The position numbers and the translations under genes were made by a program. Below are positions 11,901 through 24,850 of a DNA stretch of 64,000 nt, in pieces. Position 1 is the stretch's first letter, and each line of letters opens with the position of its first letter. The notes beneath the pieces are model-generated. The model worked only from the letters and a program-made list of their open reading frames with translations, did no database searches and was not told the DNA's origin. The stretch is from Rhizophagus irregularis. Taxonomy: Eukaryota. The stretch is from assembly GCF_026210795.1 (NCBI RefSeq), contig NC_089431.1, positions 2,914,001 through 2,978,000 of the forward strand, in the 5' to 3' direction.

Positions 11901-13796
11901 CCAAACGGATCAGGAACTGATATTTCACCAGCAATTCCATATACGGGAGCTCCGGATGGTAAATCATCTGCTAGTAAGAATTTACCGACTAAATCGGAAA
12001 CTGGTGCATCACCAACTGCTCCAAATAAAATAATTCCAGAAAGCACAAATTCACCAATTGGATCAGACACTGATATTTTATCAGCAATCCCGTATATAGG
12101 TGCCCCGGATAATAAATCGTCAACTTCAAAGAATTTACCAACTAAATCAGAAACTGATGTACCATCAACCGCTCCAAATAAAATAATTCCAGATAATACA
12201 CATTTACCAAACGGATCAGGAACTGATATTTCACCAGCAATTCCATACACAGGAGCTCCGGATGGTAAATCATCTGCTAGTAGGAATTTACCGACTAAAT
12301 CAGAAACTGGTGCATCACCAACTGCTCCAAATAAAATAATTCCAGATAGTAAAAATTTACCAACTGGATCAGGAACTGATATCTCATCAGAAATTCCATA
12401 TACAGATGCTCTGGATAGTAAATCATCCACTACAAAAAATGTACCAATTGAATCAGAAACTGGTATATCATTAATAGCTCCAAATGTTAATGAAAATAAT
12501 GGCTTATTGTTGTTGCCTAAAGAATCTGAAAAAGATGTTGATTCATTATCATTTGAAAATGGTGAAAATATAAGAAAATCAATAATATATGTTAATGAAC
12601 AAGATAATTCACTTGCACCTGAAGAAGTTGTCAATATAAGAAAATCAGTAATATATGTTGATGAAAAAGGAAATTCACTTAAACCTGAAGAGGCTGAAAA
12701 TATAAGGAAATCAGTAGTATATGTTGATGAAAAAGGGAAAACACTTACACCTGAAGAAGCTGAAAATATAAGGAAATCAGTAATATATGTTGATGGAAAA
12801 AGGAATTCACTTAAACCTGAAGAGGCTGAAAATATAAGGAAATCAGTAGTATATGTTGATGAAAAAGGAAATTCACTTACACCTGAAGAAGTTGAAAATA
12901 TAAGGAAATCAGTAATATATGTTGATGAAAAAAGGAATTCACTTAAACCTGAAGAAGCTGAAAATATAAGGAAATCAGTAGTATATGTTGATGAGAAAGG
13001 GAATTCACTTACACCTGAAGAAGTTGAAAATATAAGGAAATCAGTAATATATGTTGATGAAAAAAGGAATTCACTTAAACCTGAAGAAGCTGAAAATATA
13101 AGGAAATCAGTAGTATATGTTGATGAAAACGGGAAACTACTTACACCTGAAGAAGCTGAAAATATAAGAAAATCAGTAATATATGTTGATGAAGAAGGGA
13201 ATCCACTTGCACCTGAAGAAGCTGAAAATATAAGAAAATCAATAGAATATGTTGATGAAGAAGGGAATCTACTCACACCTGAAGAGGCTGAAAATATAAG
13301 AAATTCAGTAATATATGTTGATGAGGAAGGGAATTCACTTACACCTGAAGAAGCTGAAAATATAAGAAATTCAGTAATATATGTAGATGAAGAAGGGAAT
13401 CCACTTACACCTGAAGAAGTTGAAAGTATAAGAAAATCAATAGAATATGTTGACGAAGAAGGGAATCCAATTACACCTGAAGAAGTTGAAAACATAAGAA
13501 AGTCAGTGGTATATGTTGATGAAAAAGGGAATCCACTTACATCTGAGGAAGTTGAAAGTATAAGAAATTCAGCAATTATTATGGAAGATAATGAAGAAGT
13601 TGAAGAATTAAATCAAGAAGTATATGTAGGCGAAGGATCATCAAAAAGTGCAAAGAAATATAATCTGAAAGATTCGGTTACAAATCAAGATGAAACTATC
13701 AACACAGAAGCTATACCTGTTACATCTAGTTCTTCAAAATCAACTTTATTATTACCTATTAAACTTAAAAAACTCTTTAAGAAAAATAAAAAATGA
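8957..13796 (+). CDS. Two-transmembrane protein, paralogue B, with a long repeat-rich C-terminal tail
   Basis: Exons 8957-9164, 9239-9295, 9378-9629, 9738-9850, 9922-10036, 10119-10224, 10311-10320, 10394-10463 and 10540-13796. It shares KYRKTEP, ITCE.NYL, FSVLG.PPTYF, LF.GTL.W, FYG.L.G.YV..FG and PWGI.QT.C with paralogue A. Confidence 0.8.
11142..12485 (+). repeat. Coding tandem repeat, ~153 bp (51 aa), about 9 copies, S/T/P/G-rich
   Basis: Unit NLPTGSGTDISPAIPYTGAPDGKSSASKNLPTKSETGASPTAPNKIIPDSK. Copies start at 11142, 11295, 11448 and 11601, then variant units follow. Confidence 0.95.
12564..13580 (+). repeat. Coding tandem repeat, 66 bp (22 aa), 15 copies plus a partial copy
   Basis: Unit ENIRKSV(V/I)YVDE(K/E)GN(S/P)LTPEE(A/V), read directly from the ORF. 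Confidence 0.95.
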
Positions 13797-14022
13797 AGTA
13801 TTAGAAATTAAATTAATCATTTAGTATTAGATTTATAATTTATAATGTTTTAAAGTTGTCGATTTTGCTTGTATTATTAGGTTAAATGATTATTATGAAT
13901 TTTGATAATAGCATAGATAACTATAAATTAGACTAGGCGGAGTAAATTTTTATTATGTAATTTAATTTAGAAGTAGTTAGTACTTTATCTGTCCTATTCG
14001 AAAGTGAAGGTAAATGTGATTT

Positions 14023-14292
14023 TTATTGTTTGAAATAAATTAATATTTTGTGAGATAACCTAGACCTCAGATAAAAAATAAAATTTGATTCGTAAGGTAT
14101 TTTATCCTTCGATAATCTTAATAATTTTTTCTTGGCTTTACATTTTTTACATTTTTGGTTTGATTCCGCTATTTCTTTAACCAATAGTGTTATTACATCA
14201 GCCAGGTTGTACGGAGAGACAGTTTTTATTTGGTCAATGAATGGAAGATTCATCTGCGACCTTATTATTTTAATATTGTCAAGAACTTCCAT
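14023..14292 (-). CDS. Hypothetical small protein
   Basis: ATG-started 89-aa ORF with a CKKC motif. No recognisable family. Confidence 0.25.
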   Translation of the reverse strand: MEVLDNIKIIRSQMNLPFIDQIKTVSPYNLADVITLLVKEIAESNQKCKKCKAKKKLLRLSKDKIPYESNFIFYLRSRLSHKILIYFKQ

Positions 14293-14709
14293 TTGACCGA
14301 CGAATTAACAGCTTGGGATAAAATCTATTATAAAAAACCGTGACTAATTAATAAAATTGAATTTACCTTGCGCTTTTTATCTCTTCGCCCCGTTAACACT
14401 AAAAAATTTATAATAAAGTAAAATCTGATATATTTTGCCATACTAATCCAAATGTTTATTCAAAGATGTCGTGTAAAAATTGAATAGTTTGAGTGAAATC
14501 AATACAAAATTATTAATAGAACTACTTTGACTTTTTATAGGTCTGAATTCTAGTAAATAGATCAACCGATTTGTAAAAAGTTAATTAAATCAATTTGTAT
14601 AATAATAATATTTGTACTAATACAATAAATATTTAATAAACATAATCGAGAAATCAGTTCCCATCCACCAAAAAAATAAATATACTTAATAAAATCCATT
14701 GAATAGAAA

Positions 14710-16751
14710 TTACAGCAATTTGATTATAAACAACGAATTTGATTTAAGAATAATAACATGTGCATTTTCAATAGAAGCCATTTGTACACCAATTATTTCT
14801 GGATCGCCACTAGTGCTGGCAGTTAATTCCACTACAGATTGTTCATCATGTTTCTCACGACCTTCGTGACGCATATAAACAAAAGCTCGATGATCTCCTT
14901 CAAGAATTATTACGAACCGATATTTCGGATCATGAAACATAAAACGCTTTTCCCTTTTAGAAGCTTGAACAAATGCGAATGCATTAAAAGTTGCTATATG
15001 AGTTATAACTAAAGGTGATACATCTAACTTGGAAGAATCAATTGGATGTCCGATTGAATACACAGTCCCATCGACATCGGATTTCAGACAAACAGAAGGT
15101 AATACCGAAATATTGTTTGATATCTCGACATTTTCACACCATTCAAATTGTCTACAAAGATATTCATTACCAGATGATTTTGCTATTAAATCTCCTTCGC
15201 GTTCAAACCACATAAAAACGGATGATTTTCCTTCGAAATCGATGGATTCTTCCGTTTCATGACCTATCAGATGTTGAAGAGGCTTGAAAGCTCCTGATTG
15301 GTCCGATTGCTCATTAGTATCTTGAATTGGATCAGAGGTGAATTTTTCCAACCGTTCACGGAATTCAGCAAATTCGTTTGGATCAAGAGTTTCAAAAACT
15401 CCATCATCATGTTGGAAAACATGTGACCAACGCGTATTATGATTATGCTTTTCTAGGTGTAGAGTGAGTAAACCAATTGTTGGCTCAATAGTCCATAAAG
15501 AAACACTTGGATCAATTAAATCAAATAGACGAGTAAATGCATAACAAGGAATTGGTGGCTGTCCAGGTGAAACATTAGGATTATCGTCGAGATTAATTGT
15601 TAATGAAAGATGAGTTTGAGAAAAATTGCAATGAATGGCAGTTTTTGGTGTTCCTTTTGGTAATTGAAAACAGATAGTAACATCCGAAGAAGTTTGTGTC
15701 CAAATATATGGTGATACTCTATTTGTTGACTTTTCTTCTTGTTCCTCGGTAATTTGATCATCATCAATATCCATTGGCTTTATGTTTTCATTTTGAGTTG
15801 ATGATTTATATACTACTTCATATTCCATATTGCTACCAATCACATATCCTGTCCCATTAAATTCAATATTACAATAAAAAGGAATTTCGGGTCCACGGAT
15901 TACGTGAATAATTTTCATTTCATATTGTGGTGACATGGAAAGTTGCAATAAGCTAACATCAAATAAAACTTTTCGCGTTTCTTTTGTCGACTCGCTTGAA
16001 ATTGGGTCTAAAACAGTATTATAAACTAAAAAAAGAATATGTGGATGCTCGTCTACTATAATTTTACCATCGAGTAAAACACATGGTATATCATTTAAAC
16101 CAGATCCTTGTTTTAATTCTGAATGTCCTTGAAATTCAATTTGATATAAAATTTCGCCAGAATATGTACTCACATTATCATTATTATTAATTTGAACAAG
16201 AAAAATAATCCCAGATCCATTCGTTACAAGTAATAAATTTGGTGAGAGAGCTCGTAAAGAAGGATAATTAGGGTATAAATGATGAGAAGAATTTTCTTCA
16301 ACATTTCCAGAATAATCTGATGTTTGTTGGATCTTTAGAAGACGGTGAGTTACGACTTTACTTGTTTCCTAAACATCCAATCAAATCGTTTATTAAAATG
16401 CTTGATTAATTTAAAATTATCAATGAAGAAAATAATATCTTCTAATACCGGATCATATTCCGCCAAAATTACAAAATTTTCAGAATCAAAGTAAAAACAA
16501 ATTCCCTTTCCTTTATTAATTTCAAAGCCTTTAAATAAATGATTAAAATGGATTATACTTTGAATTTCTTTATATGATAATTTTAAATTTGTTGGTATTT
16601 TAGGTATGGTTATTGCAGGCAACGGAAGTTGAAAGTGTATTAAGTGTGACTTTTCATCAAATACTTTCAGCTTATATCCTTCAAATTTTGAGTTTATAAG
16701 GGTTCGAATCGGTTTTATAGGAACTGTATATTTCGGCACGTTTTTCGACAT
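14710..16751 (-). CDS. NUDCD1: NudC domain-containing protein 1 (CS/p23-domain co-chaperone)
   Basis: Two exons (16751-16449, 16368-14710). N-terminal KFEGYKL and HFNHL, CS domain YIWTQTSSDVTICFQLP...SLWTIE...LHLEK...W, then HIATFNAFAFVQASKREKRF. Confidence 0.85.
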
Positions 16752-16906
16752 TCTTAGATTTTAAAGAGTTGGTTATCTCACATCAAATTAGATAATCGCA
16801 TAATAGTGAAATGGGTTAAATCATGTGACCAATAGTATTTTCATTTACGATTATTATTTACATGAGATTATTATATTAATTTAATTTAATAATAGGGAGG
16901 TTTCAA

Positions 16907-18845
16907 TTAAATATGATCGAAATCATCATAGTTTATGTTATCGATTATAGAAACGTTCAATTTTTTTACGTCAGATTTTGGACCTGCTTTGACGCGCTTA
17001 TTCTTGCGTGAATTTTTATCTGTACAAATGGGGGAGGATTCACCAGCAGAAGAAAGATGCTCAATATGATTCGAAGTTTTATCTTCACCATCCTTTTCGC
17101 GAAGTCTTTTAAGTCTTGTGGTTTTTTTAAGTCGAGTATTCTTATTTTTTTCAGATTTTTCAATGGTATTTGATTGTAGTGATTCCCAGACCTTTTTAAA
17201 CATTTCAACCTATTATAAAATTAAATAACGATTTTATAACTGATAACTTTATAAAAAATAAATGTCGCATGAATTTTAATTTCATTCATTACTTACTTCT
17301 TCTTCATCCCTCATGTATTCGTCCAATTCAGCTTCGTCAAATTCTATATCACCATTATTATTTTGTTCATTCCGTTCATTAATATTATCAGTAAAACTTG
17401 AAGCGAAACCTGATGTGTCTGTGGAAGTTAAAATCACTCCTGTACTATTTTCAGCCGATTCATTGTAAACAGGATCATTATTTTCAACGTTTACATCTCC
17501 TTTATCTTTTCCTTTTCCTTTTCCTTTTAAACGACTTTTCAATATCCATTCTTGAAATTGTACAAGGTCAGTAACATATAAATAACTTCTAGACTTGTTT
17601 TCTTTGGCATGGGTACACCAAGGTATAATATTAATAACCTTATGATAAATTACATCAAGAAGTTCCCTATATCTTTCAAACAATACAAAATGACAATCCA
17701 CCATAAATATTTTACTTATAGTATGTATCACATTCTTTCGACTTTTCTTTACTTCCTGAACGCTAGGCTTTTCCGTTGCTTCAATCGCAAGCAAAGAAAT
17801 TGCGGCACCAAGGAATGAAGGTTGTCTTCCACTTAAAATAAAAGCATCATTGGCGTATTTGAGGAGTTCCATACATATTCCAGTAAAAACTACACGATAT
17901 ATTTTTATCATTTTTTCTCGATATTCTTCAGATTCCATATTATTTGTGTTATTTGGTAAATCTATTTCTTTACGTTTTTCATAAACGTGAATATCTTCTT
18001 TAAGATGACAAATTTGTTTTATATCGGTGTATAAAGGGAAATTAATTTTATGTTTTTCATCTTCAAACATTATTCCAATTGACCTGATAATCAAATCTTC
18101 AACGCTGACGAAATTTGTAACATTTGGCGCGAATTTAGATCGAATCATAAACAAAACTTCGCAAAGACGACTCAGATCTAACTCCAATAAGTACTAAAAT
18201 ACAAATACAAATATAATATAAAGATATGCATATATAATGTAAAAGTTTTGAAGAAATAAAAAAAAATAGATAAACATTTACAACATACCGCGATTTCTCT
18301 CAATGTTCTCGGTATCTTTTCTTCTCTAAGTACTAATAACGCACAAGCAGCAATCACGTAATGTAAAAGTTTTCCTTCTCCAATTATGAAATTTTTATCA
18401 ACAGCGTTATAATATGTAATAACGCGCGTCTTAAGATCTAAAAGGTCAAGCGTCGAAAGTGTTTGATTAAGTATTGGCTCAACCTGCAAGTTTAATATTT
18501 TAATTAAATCCAAACGATATTGATCAATTCAAAATTAACGATATGTAAAATTAACTTACAAGTGGATTCTTCTTTTCTGTCCCCGGATCTTGGGTGCCTC
18601 CGTCTATGGTTTCAGGTCTGAATGTGCGACCATCATACAAGTCTATAAAGGGTAAATAATGTCCAGTCAACAAACTAAAATTCAATTTAATAATTGAATA
18701 GTAAGAATAACTACTTGCCAGATCTGTCAGGGACGATTTCTCCTTGCTGTTCAAATATATCGTTCAATACTATTCCACAATCTCTGCAAACCTTATTTCC
18801 TTCGAAAGTTTCTGTATGATTATGAGTACAGTCTTCAAAATTCAT
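16907..18845 (-). CDS. TFIIB/BRF-family transcription factor (BRF2-like RNA polymerase III factor)
   Basis: Exons 18845-18719, 18642-18560, 18483-18289, 18193-17297 and 17209-16907. Zn ribbon C.H...CRDCG, cyclin repeat 1 VIAACALLVLREEKIPRTLREIA, cyclin repeat 2 LSGRQPSFLGAAISLLA, and acidic TBP-anchor-like motif DEAELDEYMRDEEEV. Confidence 0.75.
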
Positions 18846-19746
18846 ATTGTATACTGTACTTGTAGGGTTGAATTCAAAAATTTTGAATGAAAATTATTGA
18901 ACTCCTCTTATGTTACGGAGTAATATTATTATAATTTTACAAAAATTTAAAAGTTTGTTTTTAATCATTGTTGATAAATCATACCAGTAAACAATGGTAA
19001 CAATTTATGGAAATTTCAGTCGTGTAAAAAATCTTGTACACGTATGACGATTTCTTCTCAAAAGTGAAAGAATCCATTTTATGGAAAAATTGAAAAATTG
19101 AAAATTTTCTTCTTTTACACTTTTTTTAGACAAGTTCATATGTAGTTTGATTTCTTTTTTTTCGAACCTTAAATATAAATTCCTATATTATTACTTTTTT
19201 ATTTTTATTTTTGCACAATTTTAGTATTATTTTCATTCTATTTATATTATATACTATTTAAAAAAAAGATTGTTTTATTTGTAGACATCGCACAATAATT
19301 GTTTTTGAGAATTAAAATATTTTTTAATAGTTTTTTTAAAGAAAATAGATATATTACTAAAACAATATTCTCCAAAAAATTTTTGTATAATAATAAAAAA
19401 AAATCTTTGAAATATATATAGAGTATATTTATATATACAAAATGAACAAAGTTATAATTTATAAATAATAAAAAACATGAAATAATGAATTGAAAAAGAG
19501 GTATGTATATATATTAATTAGAATTCAAGTATGAGTTCTTGAAGGCAATAATAAATAAAACAAAAGTTTTGTATGTAATATTTTTTCTATTTCACTTTAA
19601 AAGTGAAGATAAAATGCATTGAATAAATTAAAAATGTAGTAGTTTCAAATGAAATGCGTGAAAGTGTTTTGAACACCAAAAAATCTGTTATTATAAGAGT
19701 AACATTTGACACTAACTAAATCCACCTTTTGAGACTACTTAGTTTT

Positions 19747-22700
19747 TTAACTGGAATTATTAGTTATATTCAAATTTTGATTATTATTCTGATTCACACC
19801 TTCATTTAGAGCATCCAATATCCTTTGATTTTCTGAAAACACTTCATACATAGAATCACGTTCTGTAAAGTTCCTTACAGTTAATCGATGCAATCTTTGT
19901 GACTCGAGTGAATCCATTTCTGGAACAGTATCATTATCTGCAAATTCTACATGAAGACCTGAAGGTGAATTAGGTCGATGAAATCCATTTGGAGCAGGTA
20001 AACGTGGTGAAACAGGTGCTGAAACAGGTGCTGAACGTATCGACGAATTAGGCGGTGAAGAGGTAGATTCATCTGCCGAAGAAGATTCAGCATCATCATC
20101 ATCTGCTTGAAGAGCAAGATCATTTACTTCTTCCTCGTCTGAAGAATCATCTCGCTTTAAAGTTTTAGAAACTGTTAATTTCCTTTCCAAACCAACCACA
20201 TTTTCTGGTGCACCATCCATATAATGCATACTATTACGATTACTCCTTCCAGTAACATCTTCACGAATATTTCTGTTTCGTAAAGCGGTTATTGGTGATA
20301 AGGCAGTAGGTGAAATAGGATCGCTATCAGAACCAACTTTCGTCGCAGGTTGCGAAGTATCCACTGATACATTATTTTCATCCACCTCAGAACTGGATCG
20401 CTCATTTTCATTTGTCTCAGATGGTGGTGCCTCCATAGTTCTAGGTGCAGCTGTACCGTTACTATCAGTAAAGAAAATATAATCGAATTCAGCCATGAAA
20501 AGGCTAAAAACTCCTGCAGGAATACCCAGTGTAGGTGAGAAAACAATTCCAATATTACGAACAGTCATCTTATTGACATCTGCATTTTGTACCACACGTA
20601 TCAAATGTCCAGTTAATGTTCGTAGTAATGTATAATTTGATAAAGGAAGAGCAGAGACAAGACGACCAAGTTCATTTATGCGATCTCGTCGATCAAGGAG
20701 GTCTAATAATTTAAATAATTACATTTAATATATATAATAAAAAAAATGAAGTTACTTTTTGATAAACGTAAATATGAAATTTTACTTACCAATAACATTA
20801 ACAAACTCTGCATGTAACTCCCGAGTTAAAACACTTGTGGGTAACTCCCTCAGGTATAATTTCAATAAACCAGCCACAGCATGTACATCATAATATTCAC
20901 CATCGCCCAATAAATCAACATCACCCTCTGTATTAAATCTATCTTTTAAGAATTTAATAGTAGCTGCTGCGCCATTTAGACGGTAAATACCTTCCTCTTC
21001 TGTAGCATTCTTTGCATCTAAATATTCGATACAACGATACACTACAGCAGGAAGTTCATACCCTTCTTTTATTCGTGCTATTGCAATGGCCTGATCCAAT
21101 GGAACACCAAAAACGATTCTAGTAATATCAGGTCGTGATTCTTGATATTTTTTCTTTTCATCCTTATTACTACTACCAAACATGCTACCGAAGAAAGTTT
21201 TACGTGAACCTTTTCTCTTTTCATGATGAAAGTTATCATCAGTATGACGCTTCACATGTTGTGGTTGATTATTAGCACTCATACCAAGGACAGGTGATGA
21301 CGTACTATCTCGAGGTTCAGGAGAGACCTTTCGATCCGAATCTTCACGATTAACTGACATACTACTACGTTTTACTATTGGATTCGAGGAAACACTCAAC
21401 ATGGACTGTTGTTGATTACCTCCAAATGAATTTTTTGATTGATCACTTGATTCTGATTGTTGTAATGAATTCGTACTAGATGATGGTGAAGATGATAATG
21501 ATAATGATGATGATGGATGATGATGTGAATGATGTGAATGATGTGAACTATGGCTAATACTATCGCTTTTAGTAATACTAATACTTGATAGAGATTCGTT
21601 ATTTCCTTTTCTCCTATCAGGACGAATTTCTTTTTGAGCCTGCTGAATAACGGAATCAGTTTCAATAAGCTTGGTATTTAAATCGGTTTTACCTAACTGA
21701 GAAATTGGTTGAGCGTTGACTTTTGCAATACTATCTTTTGAAAATTTCTTTTTTGAATGTTTTTTAATTTCTCGTTCTTCTTCACCAACATATTGAAGTA
21801 AAGATTCCACCCATTCGTCTCTTTCTGCATCACTCTCAGCACATAACACATGTTTTGTATGAGTAGTATTCTTAGAACCAGACTTCGGCTCCAATATTAA
21901 GAAGGCGTGTCTATAAGAATTTTCACTATCCTTTTCTGTGTCATTATTAACATTACTTTGTTGTCGTCCAATTTGTGCGTGTGTTAAACGAATAGAACCT
22001 AGATGATTTCCACCTTTCTATGAAATTTTTAAAAGTAATTTATATCAATAAAAGAACAAACAATTAATTCATTGGGTTCTTTACACTCACACTTTCATAA
22101 TATTCAAGCACGGGACTATTCAACACAAAAAATCTTGATTTCCAACCGCCAAAATTCTTTCCTTTCTTTGTAAGATATCCTTCTTTAAATCCAGATTGCT
22201 AAAAATATTTAAAAGTAATTAGCTTTTGTTATTGATATGTAATCAGTAATAACTATTTAATTCATACCTGATAATCTTTTTCTTCCTGATCAATCATATT
22301 CGTACTTAAAAATTCACATAAATCTTTAGGGTCTTTTAACGGTAATGCAATAATATGTTGAAGATACTGTTCCAATGCAATCTATTGTTTTGAAAAATTA
22401 ATTTTTTTAAATACTATCTATAAACAATATAACAATAACAATGAGTATTCTCTAAAAACAAACCTTTCTTTGATCTACTTTACTAGGAGCATTATTGTGG
22501 AAGAGATTTTTGTCTGGTAGTTTACCAATTTTATTTGCAGTGCCTTTATTTTGGCGTTGTTTTAACTAAAATTTCGAGAGAAAAAAAAATTAATAATTAA
22601 GTTATGAAATTTGAACACTAAATTATATTTTAACCATACTTTTGAATCCAAAGCCAAAAAGTCGGAATATAATTTTTCAACTCTCCATAATTCTTTCTCA

Positions 22701-22901
22701 ATTCCAACAATTGTACCATCAAGAATTCTAGCTTGTCCAACTAATATCACGAATGCTAACACTTCCTTACCCTTGTCATTGGTCTTTTTATTGCTACCAA
22801 TAACCTTAACAGCAATACCAGAAGCAACATCTAGGCTAAGGGATTGTTGTTTTTCAGGACGTGGTGGTAATGGAGGCATCTGTTGTTGTTGTTGTTGTTG
22901 T

Positions 22902-22936
<35 letters not shown>

Positions 22937-24850
22937 TACGAAGCCAGGTATTTGTTGAGTCATTTGTTGTGGTGGTGGTGGTTGTGGTGATTGACCATAA
23001 GATGGATTTGTGACAATAGTAGCATCAGGAAGTGACATTTTATTTTTTCTATGTTGATTCACAGGATTATCTCTATGACCTTGGGTCATAAAAACACTAT
23101 GACGATTATTTTGACCGGGTATTAATAAAGTATTAGAATTTGATCCTGGAAAATGTAATTCGGGATATTGTCCACCTCTAGGAGGAGGCATAGCAGAAAC
23201 TCTAGCTCTTGGTCCAGGTTGTACGTGAGTAAAAGATTTACTAGATCTCAATTGCTTTGATTCTTTTGGAGCTAAATAAGCACCGCTAAGGTTTGAATCA
23301 CTATTATTATGCGTCAAAGAGTCTCTCTTTGATTTTATTTGATCCTCTTCAGAATTATTATTACCAGACACTGATATTGATGGTTGTTCATGAGATGGTA
23401 ATGATTGTGATCTAACAGGTAAATTTTTATCTAATGTAGCAACCGGTAAAATTTTGGGAAGATTTACATTGTCCTGATTAACTACATTATTATTGTTGGA
23501 GGAATCAAATTCACTATCATGACTAGGACTGCGTGGAGGTCTAGGTGAAGAAGGTAACCCTGGAGAACGAGGAGAACGAGGGGAACGAGGAGGAATTATT
23601 GATGATGATTCAATTGGTTCAGGAATTTTACGTTCTTTTAGTCGAGGGGATCGAGGGGATTGAGGGGATTGAGGGGATTGAGGGGATAGAGGTGGATGAG
23701 GAAATTGATCAAGAGCATCGTTTTCATTCTCATTAGGTTGTATCGTACTATTACGTTTACGAATACTAGCATCACCATTACTGCTTAAACTACCAGATTC
23801 TGAAGATTTTGTTGAAATTGTTGGGGATGGAATATTAAGAGAAGCTGAAGAATCGAAATTTTCAAAATAGTTGAGAGGAGAATTTTGAATATTTTGAATT
23901 TCCTGAGGGGAACTTGTACGTTTATCATTGAGTAATGATAATTGCCGTTGAACAGATTTTGGAGGAAGGACTGGTGGGGAAGAGGAAGGAGGTTTAACAA
24001 TATTAGAAATTGTAGGAGATGAAGGAATATGGATATGAGAATTATTTATAAGGGAAGATCTTGATGGAAATGAATCATTAAATTGTGTGACGATACCATT
24101 CTCATTCATCGGTGGATTAAAATCGTTTTGTGATTGATTAATTTCAGTCTCTTGACGTTGATTTAAATTTGCATTATTAGAATCATCATTAGAAATAACT
24201 CGTGAGTTTGATCCATCATAAGCTGTCAATAGACCAGATACAGATGAATTAGTAGATACATTAGATACATCAGATAATACAGAATTTGTAGAATCTTGAC
24301 GTTGTGATTGAGGTTTTAGTTCCAAATTATTGGTATTTGAAGAAATTTCTTTATCTGATAAAGATAATTGTGGGAAAGAATGTTTTGATTGATTATAATT
24401 TGATGGTAATTGACGAACAGATGATTGCGTTGAATCTCGAGATGATTTATTATTGTCCATGTTATTAGATTGTAGATTCGACACAGTAGAATCATTATTA
24501 TTAATATTAATTAAATTATTAGATTCCACGGGTGTTTTACTTTCGCTTCCATTTTTCTCACTTAATAACACTTCATCCTCAGAACGACTTGAATTTAGTT
24601 TAGCAACAAGTTTATCTCTCTCACTAGCAATTCTATGATTATCTTTCTGTAAATTATTTATCACAGATTTTTGTTTTTCTATTATTTTCCACAATTGATC
24701 GTTTTGTGATCGTAATAGATTACGTTCATTTATAACTTGCTGTAAATAAGGTTCTCCAAGACTACCATCTGAACCAGTGACACGGTGACTTTCTGGTCGT
24801 GGCTGTTGTTGTGGAGGTTGTTGTGCTGACATTATAGTACCGTTTTCCAT
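19747..24850 (-). CDS. BEM3: Rho GTPase-activating protein with coiled-coil, PX, PH and RhoGAP domains (Bem3-like)
   Basis: N-terminal coiled coil LRSQNDQLWKIIEKQ. PX domain ELWRVEKLYSDFLALD. PH domain KEGYLTKKGKNFGGWKSRFFVL...HVLCAESDAERDEWV. RhoGAP domain VFGVPL, LPAVVYRCIEYL, EEGIYRLNG, DVHAVAGLLKLYLRELP, NKMTVRNIGIVFSPTL. Multi-exon. Confidence 0.85.
22880..22936 (-). repeat. CAA/CAG trinucleotide repeat encoding poly-Gln in the RhoGAP
   Basis: (tgt)n/(tgc)n on the + strand; about 19 consecutive Gln in the ORF. Confidence 0.9.

Noticed and set aside
10898..13495. 865-aa antisense ORF
   Set aside because: It mirrors the repeat-rich sense ORF; stop-free repeat units keep the antisense frame open. 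No independent evidence of coding.
12564..13580. 66-bp periodic array resembling CRISPR spacing
   Set aside because: Whole units are similar with no unique spacers, it is in-frame coding, the context is eukaryotic, and there are no cas genes.
22611..22958. ORF with a poly-Cys run
   Set aside because: Antisense reading of the RhoGAP poly-Gln tract.
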